60,303 nucleotides of DNA from Candidatus Giovannonibacteria bacterium RIFCSPLOWO2_01_FULL_46_13 (GTDB lineage Bacteria > Patescibacteriota > Minisyncoccia > JACPKW01 > UBA11713). Both the position numbers and the translations under genes were made by a program. Numbering within the stretch: the first letter of the stretch is position 1; every line of letters begins with the position of its first letter. The notes below the pieces were generated by a model that searched no databases, was not told the origin of the DNA, and saw only the letters and a program-made list of their open reading frames with translations. The stretch covers positions 1,072 to 61,374 of the forward strand of contig MFIE01000019.1 in assembly GCA_001778785.1 (NCBI GenBank), in the 5' to 3' direction. Shown here in pieces: positions 30,741 to 40,796 of the stretch.

Positions 30741-32936
30741 CTAGCGCCTGAAGTTCCTTCCCCCACCGCCCCCTCGTCCTCCGTGGCCCCCGCGGTCTTG
30801 TCTCGGGGCTTCTTCGGGCGGCGTCCAGCCCTCTGGCCTTTCTTTGACTTTAAGTTCGGTTACGGCTTTGATTGAAAGATTTAATCTTCCGAGTTCGTCA
30901 ATGCCTACAACTTTGACCGGAACTTTATCTCCCACGTCCACAACGTCCGTAACTTTTCCAACCCTGAAGGGTGCAAGTTCGGATATGTGGACCAACCCCT
31001 CTTGCTTCGGCCCAATTTCAACCATCGCTCCGAAGTCGAAAATTCTCGATATGGTTCCCTGGATAGTCTCGCCGACTTCAAATTCGTGCGTGACTTCTTT
31101 TACTCTCTCGAGCGCTTTCTGTGCGCCTTCGGACGTCCCGGTTATAAATACTGTTCCGTCCTGTTCCACGTCGACGGTAGCGCCGGTCTCGTCGATTATC
31201 GCGTTTATCATTTTTCCTCCCGGCCCGATTAAGTCGCGGATCTTCTCCGGATTTATTTTAATGGTGAGTATCCTCGGCGCGTATTGCGAGAGTTCTTTCC
31301 TTGGCTCGCTGATAGCTTTGGACATAACTTCCATTATTTTTATTCTGGCTTCCCGCGCGTCGCGAAGGGTCTCGGCTAAAATTTCAATCGTAACTCCGGA
31401 AACTTTTACGTCCATCTGTATCGCGGTAACCCCGACGCTCGTGCCGGCGGATTTAAAATCCATGTCTCCGTAGTGGTCTTCCGGACCCTGGATGTCCGTC
31501 AAAACTTTAAAGTTTTTCTCGTCTTTCATTATTAATCCCATGGCGATTCCGGCGACTTGGCGCTTCAAAGGAACTCCCGCGTCCATCATCGAGAGGACCG
31601 ATGCGCAGGTTGAAGCCATCGAAGTTGATCCGTTTGAGGATAAAACTTCAGAGACAAGGCGGATGACGTAAGGGAATTCCAAGATGTCTGGCAGGACCGG
31701 CAAAAGGGCGCGTTCCGCCAAAGCTCCGTGCCCGATCTCGCGCCGTCCAGGGTTCCCCATTCTTCCGGTTTCTCCCGGCGCAAACGGCGGGAAGTTGTAG
31801 TGATGGAAGAACCTCTTTTTCGTGGAAATGGACATGCCTTCGATCAATTGCGTGTCTCCCGGCCCGCCCAAAGTTGCCGCGGACAAAACGTGCGTCTCCC
31901 CGCGATAAAAAACTCCGGAGCCGTGCGTTCTCGGCAAAATCGAAACGCCCGCCCAAAGTTTTCGAAGTTCCTTAAGTCCCCTGCCGTCCGGACGCTTTTC
32001 AGATTCCAATATATTTTTGTGCACTATCTCGTCTATCCTTTCTTCATAAAATCCGTCCGAAAGGGATTTATATCCCTCGCCGACTTCAGCTTTGATTGCT
32101 TCGCTCCACTCCTCTTTAATTTGCGAGAGCGAAGAATTCCTCACTTTCTTTTCTTTTATATAAAGCGCTTCTTCTAAGCGCGCGCGGAAAGTAGCTTCGA
32201 ATATTTGAGAAATTTTTGCGGGCTCTTCTTGCAACTTCGGAATAATTTTTTCTTTGCCGATCTCCGCGATTATTTTTTTCTGGAATTCTTCGATCTTGGA
32301 AATTTCTTTTTCGGCGAATTCGAGCGCTTGGACCATTTCCTCTTCGGGAATTTCTTTTGCTCCCGCTTCAACCATATTTATTTTCCCGCCTTTACCGGAG
32401 ACGATCATATCAAAATCCGATTTTTCGAGTTCCGTGTGCGTTGGGTTGATTATAAGTTTTCCGTCTATCCTTCCGACGCGAACGGTCCCGATCGGCCCGT
32501 CCCACGGCACGGAAGAAGTTCCCAAGGCCAAAGATGCCGCAAGGGCGGCCGGAATGTCCGGCTCGTTTTCCTGGTCGAAAGATAAAGCTAGCGCTACAAC
32601 GTGTACCTCGTTCCTAATTTTGTGGTTGAAAAGCGGGCGCAATCCCCTGTCGATCAAACGCGAAATTAAAACCGCTTCCTCCGAAGGCCTGCCTTCCCTG
32701 CGCACGAAGCGAGAACCCAAAATTTTACCAACGGCGTAAAAGCGCTCTTCGTAGTCAACCGAAAGAGGGAAATAATCTATGCCTTCGCGCTTGCCATGCG
32801 ACATTACGGCCGTAGACAAAATGACCGTGTCGCCGAAGCGAACCATCGCGCTGCCGTGGGCCTGCTCCGCTAAATCCGGAAACTCGACGGTAACTTCTTT
32901 ACCGCCGATCTCGGTCGTAAATTTTTTAGTATCCAT
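30741..32936 (-). CDS. pnp: Polyribonucleotide nucleotidyltransferase
   Basis: Two RNase PH domains, RREIGHGALA, GDMDFK, KH and S1 domains. Confidence 0.98.
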   Translation of the reverse strand: MDTKKFTTEIGGKEVTVEFPDLAEQAHGSAMVRFGDTVILSTAVMSHGKREGIDYFPLSVDYEERFYAVGKILGSRFVRREGRPSEEAVLISRLIDRGLRPLFNHKIRNEVHVVALALSFDQENEPDIPAALAASLALGTSSVPWDGPIGTVRVGRIDGKLIINPTHTELEKSDFDMIVSGKGGKINMVEAGAKEIPEEEMVQALEFAEKEISKIEEFQKKIIAEIGKEKIIPKLQEEPAKISQIFEATFRARLEEALYIKEKKVRNSSLSQIKEEWSEAIKAEVGEGYKSLSDGFYEERIDEIVHKNILESEKRPDGRGLKELRKLWAGVSILPRTHGSGVFYRGETHVLSAATLGGPGDTQLIEGMSISTKKRFFHHYNFPPFAPGETGRMGNPGRREIGHGALAERALLPVLPDILEFPYVIRLVSEVLSSNGSTSMASTCASVLSMMDAGVPLKRQVAGIAMGLIMKDEKNFKVLTDIQGPEDHYGDMDFKSAGTSVGVTAIQMDVKVSGVTIEILAETLRDAREARIKIMEVMSKAISEPRKELSQYAPRILTIKINPEKIRDLIGPGGKMINAIIDETGATVDVEQDGTVFITGTSEGAQKALERVKEVTHEFEVGETIQGTISRIFDFGAMVEIGPKQEGLVHISELAPFRVGKVTDVVDVGDKVPVKVVGIDELGRLNLSIKAVTELKVKERPEGWTPPEEAPRQDRGGHGGRGGGGGRNFRR

Positions 32937-32947
32937 TTATTTATTTT

Positions 32948-33457
32948 TTATCTTTTCAATATATATCTCGCTGGGTCCTCTGCCAAGTCTATGAATTCAT
33001 CCACGACTTCGCGGAGTTTTCCTGAAGCCGAAGGCCCGAAAGCCATAGCCTCCACCCTCCTTCCCTGGTTTTTCAAATATTCCACGAGCGGAATAAAGTC
33101 GCCGTCGCCCGAAGCGATTACGACCGCATCCACTACGTCCGCCGTCCGGATCGCGTCGACCGCAATCCCGACGTCCCAGTCCGCTTTTTTGGCTCCTCCG
33201 AAAAATTCCTGCAAATCTTTTTCGCGCGATTCAATCCCGATCGACAAAAGCGCGTCGATAAAGGGTTTTTCTTCGCCGGTCTTCGTGCGGATGACGTATC
33301 CAAAAGCTCGGATCAATTGCCTCCCGGCAACCGCCGTCTTTAGGAGTTCCTTAAAATTCACCCGCCCGCCAAAAAGGCTTTTAGCGGAGTGGTACATGTT
33401 TTGCGCGTCGATAAAAACAGCGACGCGCTGGTTCTTATGCTTGATGATGTTTGTCAT
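32948..33457 (-). CDS. NYN-domain (LabA/DUF88) protein
   Basis: VFIDAQN, K.DWDV and SGDGDF motifs. Confidence 0.9.
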   Translation of the reverse strand: MTNIIKHKNQRVAVFIDAQNMYHSAKSLFGGRVNFKELLKTAVAGRQLIRAFGYVIRTKTGEEKPFIDALLSIGIESREKDLQEFFGGAKKADWDVGIAVDAIRTADVVDAVVIASGDGDFIPLVEYLKNQGRRVEAMAFGPSASGKLREVVDEFIDLAEDPARYILKR

Positions 33458-33524
33458 TATAAAAATGGTTAGCTTTTAAAAAATTAAATTTTAGAAATTA
33501 GAAATTCGGGAATTAGAAATTTTA

Positions 33525-33794
33525 TCACTTGACCTTAAGCCCGAGTTTTTTGGCAACCTCGGCGTAAGTTTCCTGGTTTTGGCGGGCAAGATAGCTCAAA
33601 AGAGTTTTTCTTTTGGCGACCATCTGCAAAAGTCCGCGCCTGGAGTGTTTGTCCTTTCGGTGAGTCTTCAAATGTTCGCCAAGGCGGTTGATTTCTTCGC
33701 TTAAAATGCCAACCTGAACAGCCGCAGATCCGGTGTCTTTGTCGTTTACCTTGAATTTATCTATCACCTTGGCTTTTTCCTTTGCCTTAAGCAT
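33525..33794 (-). CDS. rpsO: 30S ribosomal protein S15
   Basis: DTGSAAVQV..HLKTHRKDKHSRRGL. Confidence 0.98.
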   Translation of the reverse strand: MLKAKEKAKVIDKFKVNDKDTGSAAVQVGILSEEINRLGEHLKTHRKDKHSRRGLLQMVAKRKTLLSYLARQNQETYAEVAKKLGLKVK

Positions 33795-33857
33795 TTTGGG
33801 AGAATATCATATTTTCCAAGATTTTGCAAGTCCGATATTGTGCGACATAATTCAGGT

Positions 33858-34742
33858 ATGGGCCTAAAAGAACTGCACAAAGAGTACCTCGAGTACCTCG
33901 AAATTGAGCGCGGCAGGTCGCTAAAAACCGTAGAAAATTACGACCGGTACTTGAAGCGTTTTTTCGGTTTCGCCAAAATCTCTTCCGCCTCTGAAATAGA
34001 TGACGAAATACTCAGGAAATATCGACTCGACCTAAACCGCGGCGGCTTAAAAAAGCGCACGCAAAATTATTATTTGATCGCGTTAAGGAATTTTTTGAAA
34101 TATCTGGCGTGGCGCGGCATCGGAAGCTTGTCTCCGGAAAGGATTTTATTGGCCAAGGCTCCCGAGCGCGATCTGGATTTAATTTCCGTTGAGGAATTGG
34201 ATCGCTTGTTTAAATCCCCAGAGGGGGACGGCATAAAATCCCTTCGCGACCGCACCATGCTTGAACTTTTATTTTCGACCGGCCTTCGCGTTTCGGAGTT
34301 GGCCTCACTCGACCGTGATTCGGTCGACCTGAAAAAGGACGAATTCTCCGTTCGCGGAAAGGGCGAAAAGGTGCGCGTGGTTTTTCTCTCCCCTTCCGCC
34401 AAAGAAGCCATAAAAAAATATTTGGACAAGCGCGAGGACGTTTCGGAAGCCCTTTTTATAAATTACAAACCACACGCCAAAGAGGCCCTGCGCCTAACCC
34501 CCCGCTCGATAGAGAGGATAATAAAATTTTATGCGATAAAGGCGGGCATTTCTAAAAAAGTAACCCCGCACGTCCTGCGGCATATGTTCGCGACGGATTT
34601 GCTTACAAACGGGGCGGATTTGCGCTCGGTCCAGGCGCTTTTAGGCCACTCCAGCATCACGACCACCCAAATTTACACCCACGTAACCGACAAAGCCTTA
34701 AGGGATATACATAAAGCATTTCACGGCAAACGCAGACAATAG
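33858..34742 (+). CDS. XerC/D-like tyrosine recombinase
   Basis: STGLRVSEL, VRGKGEK, TPHVLRHMFAT and LGHSSITTTQIYTH motifs. ATG at 33858 preferred over 33840. Confidence 0.93.
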   Translation: MGLKELHKEYLEYLEIERGRSLKTVENYDRYLKRFFGFAKISSASEIDDEILRKYRLDLNRGGLKKRTQNYYLIALRNFLKYLAWRGIGSLSPERILLAKAPERDLDLISVEELDRLFKSPEGDGIKSLRDRTMLELLFSTGLRVSELASLDRDSVDLKKDEFSVRGKGEKVRVVFLSPSAKEAIKKYLDKREDVSEALFINYKPHAKEALRLTPRSIERIIKFYAIKAGISKKVTPHVLRHMFATDLLTNGADLRSVQALLGHSSITTTQIYTHVTDKALRDIHKAFHGKRRQ

Positions 34743-34777
34743 CCTATTTATAAGGCTTTTTCTCCAAACCCCATCTA

Positions 34778-34806
34778 TTGACTAATCTCTTCTTTTTTGC
34801 TATAAT
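34778..34806 (+). promoter_or_regulatory. Sigma-70-type promoter
   Basis: TTGACT-N17-TATAAT with an extended TG. Confidence 0.7.
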
Positions 34807-34896
34807 AGCACTCAAATGATCCGGCAAATTTTTATGCCGGATTTGAAAACTGAATAAGGAACAAAAAAGATATAACAAAGGAAAGGATGGTGAATT

Positions 34897-35739
34897 ATGG
34901 CAGAAGACCAAGGACGTAGAGATAATCGGCCGCCCTTCAAAATAACCTCCTTTGAGGTTGCTATGGAGCCGCGGTTCATTGAGGGAATTCCTGGAAAGGA
35001 AGACCCACTCAACAAAGATCGGTATGAATTTGATCTGTCGGTTATCGTTGCGCATCGCTCGGGCGGAGCGCCGCGAGAAATACAGCAGGTTGTGTGCGAC
35101 ATGGGGTCGCACGTTTCTCAACATGGTACTGGGCCAGGAGGAAAAATAATTTTTCCTATGTATTCCCTGTTGCCTGGCATTTTTGTTGCAGGTGCCCGTC
35201 TGGCGAATGACCCACCAAATAACAGGATTACTATTCCTGTGGTCATTCGTGAATTGACTGAGCAGCAAAAAGAGATTGCTGCTCTCGAGCATCGTAAGCA
35301 TGTCGCCGGGCTTAGGAGGGACGTGGAGAAGGCCGAGAAGGGGCAAGAAGAAGAAAAACCAAAACTCAAAAAGCTTGCGCCGCCAGCGGTCGAAGCCGCA
35401 GGGGACGAAGGAAGTTATAAAATTTCTGTCTCTATATCTTACGATGACGGTGAAAGTGCGAGTGACATTCCAGTGAGGTTTCTTATTTCGAAGTTGGGCA
35501 AGCCCGCAGAAATTCATGACGAGGCAACAGATGAGCGGGGCTTCGCAACTTATGATCTAGAGTTCAAAGAGAAGGAGTGTGATGTCGTCGTACAAATTAG
35601 GAGCTACGAACACAAAATCGATAATTTGTACGGACCGTCGCGATATAAGAGAATAGAAATCCCCGAGCCCTCAGAGAAGGGTTTGTCGGGATCGTTTTGG
35701 CAGATAATAAAACGCGCCTGGAAAGGAGAAGGGGTATGA
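34897..35739 (+). CDS. Hypothetical protein (possible Ig-like C-domain)
   Basis: 280-aa ORF with SD-like AAGGATGGTG; first of three coupled genes. Confidence 0.7.
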   Translation: MAEDQGRRDNRPPFKITSFEVAMEPRFIEGIPGKEDPLNKDRYEFDLSVIVAHRSGGAPREIQQVVCDMGSHVSQHGTGPGGKIIFPMYSLLPGIFVAGARLANDPPNNRITIPVVIRELTEQQKEIAALEHRKHVAGLRRDVEKAEKGQEEEKPKLKKLAPPAVEAAGDEGSYKISVSISYDDGESASDIPVRFLISKLGKPAEIHDEATDERGFATYDLEFKEKECDVVVQIRSYEHKIDNLYGPSRYKRIEIPEPSEKGLSGSFWQIIKRAWKGEGV

Positions 35740-36281
35740 AAAGATGGGTTTGGAGATATGTGTACGCGCTCCGGCGCGACAACAATACCAGAATGAAAAC
35801 CCTCTGGGTCTTTACAGGACTTTTATTGGTTTTCAATCTAGGAGTGCTCGGATCAGGATCAGTATCCTGGCCTGTTCACTCCGATGAGGCACAACGTTAC
35901 TACAACGCGTACTTTCAGGGTAAATTTATGACCGACCAGGAGCTTCTGAGCACCTACGAAGTGGTCACTGGAAGTATAGGCTTATTCTTTGGGTGGATGT
36001 TTGGTTGGATACGATGGTTCATGTGGCGACTGTGGCTCGTTCTATTTGTGGCGACTGTGGTATATACGCCCCTCGCCTACAGAGATGAGTTTACCAAACT
36101 GAAACTAGGGATAAGCAGAAGTTTCCGCGAACAACGTGGAGCAGAAGCTACTGGTGGTCCGCGGGTACCTCTTTCAGGAGGGGTTAAGGCAGGCAACGAA
36201 GGTGGCCTCACTTTCTGGCAGTATATGAAGGGCGAAATCATCTGGGATATTCTCAGAGATTTTGTTTTCAAAAGGAGGTAA
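35736..36281 (+). CDS. Hypothetical membrane protein
   Basis: ATG at 35736 overlaps the upstream stop; 2-3 TM helices. Confidence 0.7.
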   Translation: MKRWVWRYVYALRRDNNTRMKTLWVFTGLLLVFNLGVLGSGSVSWPVHSDEAQRYYNAYFQGKFMTDQELLSTYEVVTGSIGLFFGWMFGWIRWFMWRLWLVLFVATVVYTPLAYRDEFTKLKLGISRSFREQRGAEATGGPRVPLSGGVKAGNEGGLTFWQYMKGEIIWDILRDFVFKRR

Positions 36282-36287
36282 TTGACA

Positions 36288-37460
36288 ATGAACGTTACAT
36301 TCCAACAGTTGTTACCCTGGTCAGTAGGAGCAGTATTGGCGGTGTTTGCGATGTGGATGGGTGGGATTGTGAGTAGTTTCTGGGCAACACTCGGAATCCT
36401 TGGGTTTCTGGTAATTCTAGGGTCGCTATGGCTATTGCCTGCTTTTAGGCGATTTGCGGCGATTGTCTTCGTTGGCTTGGTGGTGGTGTGGTTTGTTGCC
36501 CCTGGAATCGCATACTGGTTTAGAACCAGCTGGCCAATTTTGGCAGACACCCTGACCAGGCGATCTATAGACGGCGAATTAAAGCTGTCGGAGTTAGGCG
36601 ATCCCTCTGCGCTTGTAGCTAGGATGGGCGTGGCAAAATATTGTCGCGAACTTGATAGGTTGCAGGGAGAGTGGGTCGCTAACCGTCTCAGTCATGAATT
36701 AGATAGTGTAAGACAGGTGAACCCCCTTGTGTTTGAGAAGCCTCCCCTCCCCAACTCTAAGAATGAGAAGAATATTCTCGCGTGGGTTAAGGTTATAGAA
36801 GCACGTCGTGCAGAATGCGCAAAACTAATTCTGCAGACTGGCCAGAAGACGACGGGAGTTTCAACGTCACCTGCACCAAGAAGATGGGTGGAAGGTTTCA
36901 GGGACTTCTTCATGGATAACCTCGAACTCGCGGTTTGGGCTATCGCTCTTCTGTTGGTAGCTGGTGTTGCCATCGCTTGGCTTAAAGGTCAAATGCCGAC
37001 CTGGCCAGCCGCAAAAACGGCGGCCATTATAATTGCGGTGGCGGTGGTTGTGACTATACTTACGCCAGAAGTTAAGGCAGCGTATGTCGGCTGGAAGGCT
37101 GGTTCGCCTCTGCCTTCGACATCGGAGCCGACGAGACCAGAGCCGGTGCTCATGCCAAATGGGGCGTTATACTTACCCCAAAGGTCCGAGTTTGTTCTCG
37201 GTGCGGGTACCGAACAGCGTTTCAGATTTGATTCGCTTGGTTTTGTAGCGATAGAGGGGAATCACACTATAATATGTGATCCACTTTGTAGGGACGAGAG
37301 CGGTATTATGGTTCATGAGTTGCCAGTTAGGACGGCGGAGTGGAAACAGCGGCGGGGTGGAAAGCCGTGTTTGAAGGACAAGGAGGCGTTCTACGTTACT
37401 ATACGTGGAGACGAAACTACTACCCTAAGAGCCCGCACCCCGAATGACAACCCATGTTAA
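36288..37460 (+). CDS. Hypothetical multi-pass membrane protein
   Basis: AGGAGGT SD before ATG 36288; about five TM helices and a Cys-containing C-domain. Confidence 0.7.
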   Translation: MNVTFQQLLPWSVGAVLAVFAMWMGGIVSSFWATLGILGFLVILGSLWLLPAFRRFAAIVFVGLVVVWFVAPGIAYWFRTSWPILADTLTRRSIDGELKLSELGDPSALVARMGVAKYCRELDRLQGEWVANRLSHELDSVRQVNPLVFEKPPLPNSKNEKNILAWVKVIEARRAECAKLILQTGQKTTGVSTSPAPRRWVEGFRDFFMDNLELAVWAIALLLVAGVAIAWLKGQMPTWPAAKTAAIIIAVAVVVTILTPEVKAAYVGWKAGSPLPSTSEPTRPEPVLMPNGALYLPQRSEFVLGAGTEQRFRFDSLGFVAIEGNHTIICDPLCRDESGIMVHELPVRTAEWKQRRGGKPCLKDKEAFYVTIRGDETTTLRARTPNDNPC

Positions 37461-37507
37461 AAGTATAATTGTTCCTTTTTCAATTGCACCTTGGTTAAAT
37501 CATCTCG

Positions 37508-37548
37508 GGGGCGGCACAGAGTTTACTCTGTTTCGCCCCTTTTTGTTT
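37508..37548 (+). terminator. Intrinsic terminator
   Basis: GGGGCG..ACAGAG-ttta-CTCTGT..CGCCCC followed by a T-tract. Confidence 0.65.
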
Positions 37549-37565
37549 TCTGATATCCTTTATAT

Positions 37566-37955
37566 ATGAGGCAGATTTTAAATATTTTTTTATTCATATT
37601 AGTTTTAAGTAGTTTTTTAATATTTCCAGCAGCAATAGCGGCGCCTGAACAAGGTAATCAAATTGATGCTCCTCAGCAAGGAACTCAAGGTATTACAAAC
37701 ATTCCCAATCCAATACAGTGCGATAAGGCTTCGAGTTGTATGGCGAGGATTGCACAGATCGTTGCGCAGATTGCCTTGCCTTTGGTTGTTGTTTTCATAA
37801 TCTACTCCGGATTCCTTTTTGTGTCCGCCCGAGGGAACGAGGAACAGCTCGAGAAAGCCAAATCCACCTTCTTCTGGGCGGTGATTGGGGCGATTCTTGT
37901 GGTGGGGGCGTACGCTATCGCCACCGCCATTGAAAATTTCGCCAAGCAGTTGTAA
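37566..37955 (+). CDS. VirB2/TrbC-like pilin
   Basis: Signal peptide, IPNPI, and FIIYSGFLFVSARGNEEQLEKAK..WAVIG. Confidence 0.8.
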   Translation: MRQILNIFLFILVLSSFLIFPAAIAAPEQGNQIDAPQQGTQGITNIPNPIQCDKASSCMARIAQIVAQIALPLVVVFIIYSGFLFVSARGNEEQLEKAKSTFFWAVIGAILVVGAYAIATAIENFAKQL

Positions 37956-37992
37956 TATTCGCTCGCTAATCCTTTTAAGACGCTAGGTTATG

Positions 37993-38064
37993 GCGCCCTT
38001 AGCTCAATGGATAGAGTACTAGTCTTCGGAACTAGTGATGGGGGTTCGAATCCCTCAGGGCGCA
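37993..38064 (+). tRNA. tRNA-Arg(UCG)
   Basis: Acceptor GCGCCCT/AGGGCGC, anticodon arm CTAGT-CTTCGGA-ACTAG, TTCGAAT loop; no encoded CCA. Confidence 0.93.
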
Positions 38065-38074
38065 CAACTATATT

Positions 38075-39529
38075 ATGAAGAAAATTCCCGCAGAGGTTCT
38101 CGGGGTTGTCGAAAAACTTCGGGAGAATAATTACGAAGCATATCTGGTCGGCGGGTGCGTCCGGGATTTTTTGCGCGCCAAAAAGCCGAAAGACTGGGAC
38201 GTGACGACCAACGCCCGCCCGGAAGACATCCAAAAGATTTTTCCGGAAACTTTCTACGAAAACCAATACGGGACCGTCGGCGTAAAAACAGAATCGGAGG
38301 ATCTTTCTCTCGCGGTCGTGGAGGTTACCCCGTATCGCATCGAGGCCAAATATTCCGACAAGCGGCACCCGGATAAAATAGAATTTGCGAACGAACTTCC
38401 GGAGGATTTGGGCCGCCGCGATTTTACGATAAACGCGCTCGCCTATGACATCGAGAAGAAAAAAGTAATCGACTTGGTTGAAGGTGAAGAAGACCTCGAT
38501 AAAAAAATAATTCGCGCGGTCGGAGAGCCGGACGAGCGCTTCAAAGAAGACGCCCTGCGCTTGATGAGGGCCGTGCGCCTTTCGTCCGAGCTTGGGTTTA
38601 AGATTGAAAAGCGAACGCTCGAAGCGCTTAAGAAAAACGCGGGACTTTTGAAATTTGTATCCAAGGAAAGGATCCGCGACGAATTCCAAAAATTAATTTT
38701 ATCCGAAGGCGCTGCCCAAGGCGTTGAACTTTTACGCGAAACCGGTTTATTGAAAGAATTTATTCCAGAACTTTTGGAGGGGTATGGCGTGGGGCAAAAC
38801 CTACATCATATATATAGCGTCTGGGAGCACAACACAAAATCGCTTGAATACGCGGTGAAGGAGGAATGGTCGCTCGAGGTTCGTATGGCGGCTTTATTGC
38901 ACGACGTCGCCAAGCCGCGAACCAAACGCGGCGAAGGGAAATTCTCCACTTTCTACGGGCACGATGTTGTCGGCGCGAAAGTCTCGCGCGAAATTTTAAC
39001 CCGCCTGCGTTTCCCAAAAGATTTTATTGAAAAAGTTTCCAAGCTTGTCCGCTTCCATCTTTTTTATTACAACGTAGACGAAGTTACGGAATCTTCGGTG
39101 CGCCGTTTGATCGCGAAAGTTGGGATAGAAGACATGGAAGATTTGATTCGCGTGCGCATCTGCGACCGCATGGGTTCGGGCGTTCCCAAGGCCGAGCCTT
39201 ATAAATTAAGGCATTTTCGCTTTATGGTGGAGAAGCTTCAGCGCGACCCTATCTCCGTTGGCATGCTAAAAGCCCGCGGGGACGAGGTCATGAAAACATG
39301 CAAAATCGAACCAGGTCCGAGGATTGGCTGGATCCTTTCTATATTATTGGACGAAGTTCTGGACGACCCAAAGAAAAATTCGAAAAAATATTTAGAGGAA
39401 AAAATCTCGCGCTTGTGTCCCCTCTCGGACGGTGAGCTTGCCGAACTGTCGAAAAAAGCCGAAGAGAAAAAAGTCTCGCTCGAAGGGCAGGAGGTTGAAA
39501 AAATCAAGAAAAAACATTACGTTAAGTGA
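38075..39529 (+). CDS. cca: CCA-adding tRNA nucleotidyltransferase with HD domain
   Basis: VGGCVRD..DWD, RRDFTINA, EDALRLMR and LLHDVAK motifs; flanked by CCA-less tRNAs. Confidence 0.92.
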   Translation: MKKIPAEVLGVVEKLRENNYEAYLVGGCVRDFLRAKKPKDWDVTTNARPEDIQKIFPETFYENQYGTVGVKTESEDLSLAVVEVTPYRIEAKYSDKRHPDKIEFANELPEDLGRRDFTINALAYDIEKKKVIDLVEGEEDLDKKIIRAVGEPDERFKEDALRLMRAVRLSSELGFKIEKRTLEALKKNAGLLKFVSKERIRDEFQKLILSEGAAQGVELLRETGLLKEFIPELLEGYGVGQNLHHIYSVWEHNTKSLEYAVKEEWSLEVRMAALLHDVAKPRTKRGEGKFSTFYGHDVVGAKVSREILTRLRFPKDFIEKVSKLVRFHLFYYNVDEVTESSVRRLIAKVGIEDMEDLIRVRICDRMGSGVPKAEPYKLRHFRFMVEKLQRDPISVGMLKARGDEVMKTCKIEPGPRIGWILSILLDEVLDDPKKNSKKYLEEKISRLCPLSDGELAELSKKAEEKKVSLEGQEVEKIKKKHYVK

Positions 39530-39575
39530 GTCGGCTAGAGTTAAGCGGGCCTGCCCGCCGAAGCTTTAGCGTAGG

Positions 39576-39646
39576 CGGGCTGTAGTATACCGGCAGTACG
39601 TGCCCTTCGGGAGGGTAAAGACTGGGTTCGATTCCCAGCAGCCCGA
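39576..39646 (+). tRNA. tRNA-Pro(CGG)
   Basis: Acceptor CGGGCTG/CAGCCCG; anticodon arm TGCCC-TTCGGGA-GGGTA. Confidence 0.92.
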
Positions 39647-39661
39647 CTTAAAAATTTAATA

Positions 39662-39732
39662 GGGCCCATAGTAAAGTGGTATTACGCGGCATTCGCATTG
39701 CCGAGGCTGGAGTTCGATTCTCCATGGGTCCA
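39662..39732 (+). tRNA. tRNA-Ala(CGC)
   Basis: Acceptor GGGCCCA/TGGGTCC with G3:U70; anticodon arm CGGCA-TTCGCAT-TGCCG. Confidence 0.92.
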
Positions 39733-39834
39733 CTACTACGCTCCTTGTAGCTTCGAAGTGCGCAGCACAAACGAAAAACCCCCCTTCCGTGGGAGGGAAA
39801 AAGTAAATGATTTACTTTTTTTAGGTTGAATCTA

Positions 39835-40038
39835 TCACACGCTCTCGTTCTTATTATCCTGGCCGCCTCGACTACTCTGGCCGCCTTTTTTTCCTGCTTC
39901 GCGAGCTTCCTCGGAGCTAAACTCGTGGGCGCGTCCGCTTTCGTGAGCGGCCCTCCCGCCCTTGGAAGCTATTTCGCGACGACGCTCTTCGTCCATACTT
40001 GCGAAGCCGCGATTTTCAGTCCCCCTATTTTGTGCCAT
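39835..40038 (-). CDS. KGG-repeat general stress protein
   Basis: RGFASMD.E.RREIASKGG..AHEFSSEEAREAGKKGG. Confidence 0.9.
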   Translation of the reverse strand: MAQNRGTENRGFASMDEERRREIASKGGRAAHESGRAHEFSSEEAREAGKKGGQSSRGGQDNKNESV

Positions 40039-40145
40039 ATTATTTAAAATTAATTTTTACTAACCGACCTTTTATACTAAGACGAGGGGGCGCCAACCAT
40101 ATTTCGTAGATTTTTTCATCAATTTGTGGGAAGATAAAAGTTCAA

Positions 40146-40691
40146 ATGAAAGGAAGAGAATTTGATCCGAAAACAGCTCCGATATCTTTTATCGACCTAG
40201 AGATGACTGGTCTGGAATCTTCAAAGCACGAGATTGTAGAGATTGGATTGGTTAAGGTCTCCCAGCCTAATCTGGAGGTTATTGAGCGATGGGAGATTAA
40301 GGTTAAGCCTACCCGACTCGAGACCGCCGATCTTGAAGCCCTAAGGATAAGCGGGTACGACGCTGAAAAGTGGAAGGATGCGATAAGCCTGAAGGAAATG
40401 ATGGAAATGTTAGCCCCCAAGGTACAGAACACGATATTGGCTGGCTTTAACGTTTCAAGCGATTACTCCTTCCTCGATGTAGCCGTCACCTCAACGAGTA
40501 TTCCACTGGATTTCCACAGGCGTGTTTTGGACATTAATCCGTATGCGGCGGCTAAATTAGGATATGTTTTCGGAGAAAAAGGACTCGGTAGTTTATCCAA
40601 GGAATATGGCTTAGAGTTCGAAAACCACCATACAGCTTTAGCTGATGCAATGGCCTCTTTTGAACTGTATAAGAAGGCCAGATTAAGCTAG
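40146..40691 (+). CDS. DEDDh 3'-5' exonuclease
   Basis: FIDLEMTGL, AGFNVSSD and HTALADA motifs. Confidence 0.9.
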   Translation: MKGREFDPKTAPISFIDLEMTGLESSKHEIVEIGLVKVSQPNLEVIERWEIKVKPTRLETADLEALRISGYDAEKWKDAISLKEMMEMLAPKVQNTILAGFNVSSDYSFLDVAVTSTSIPLDFHRRVLDINPYAAAKLGYVFGEKGLGSLSKEYGLEFENHHTALADAMASFELYKKARLS

Positions 40692-40695
40692 GAAA

Positions 40696-40711
40696 AGTTT
40701 CGCGTGAAACA
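40696..40711. promoter_or_regulatory. parS site 1
   Basis: AGTTTCGCGTGAAACA matches 14/16 of TGTTTCACGTGAAACA. Confidence 0.75.
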
Positions 40712-40796
40712 TTTGTAAATAAAGATAAATTTGTAAAACGTTTCACAGAGATATAAACATCGTTGTAAAACTCCGTAAAACGTAATTATTGGTTAA

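Noticed and set aside
33484..33523. Short TAGAAAT heptamer repeats after rpsO
   Set aside because: Three to four degenerate copies of low-complexity intergenic sequence with no supportable function.
33858..34742. Xer recombinase as the integrase or integron integrase of the adjacent orphan operon
   Set aside because: It looks like a housekeeping XerC/D beside rpsO, with no IntI-specific insertion, and I found no att or attC sites.
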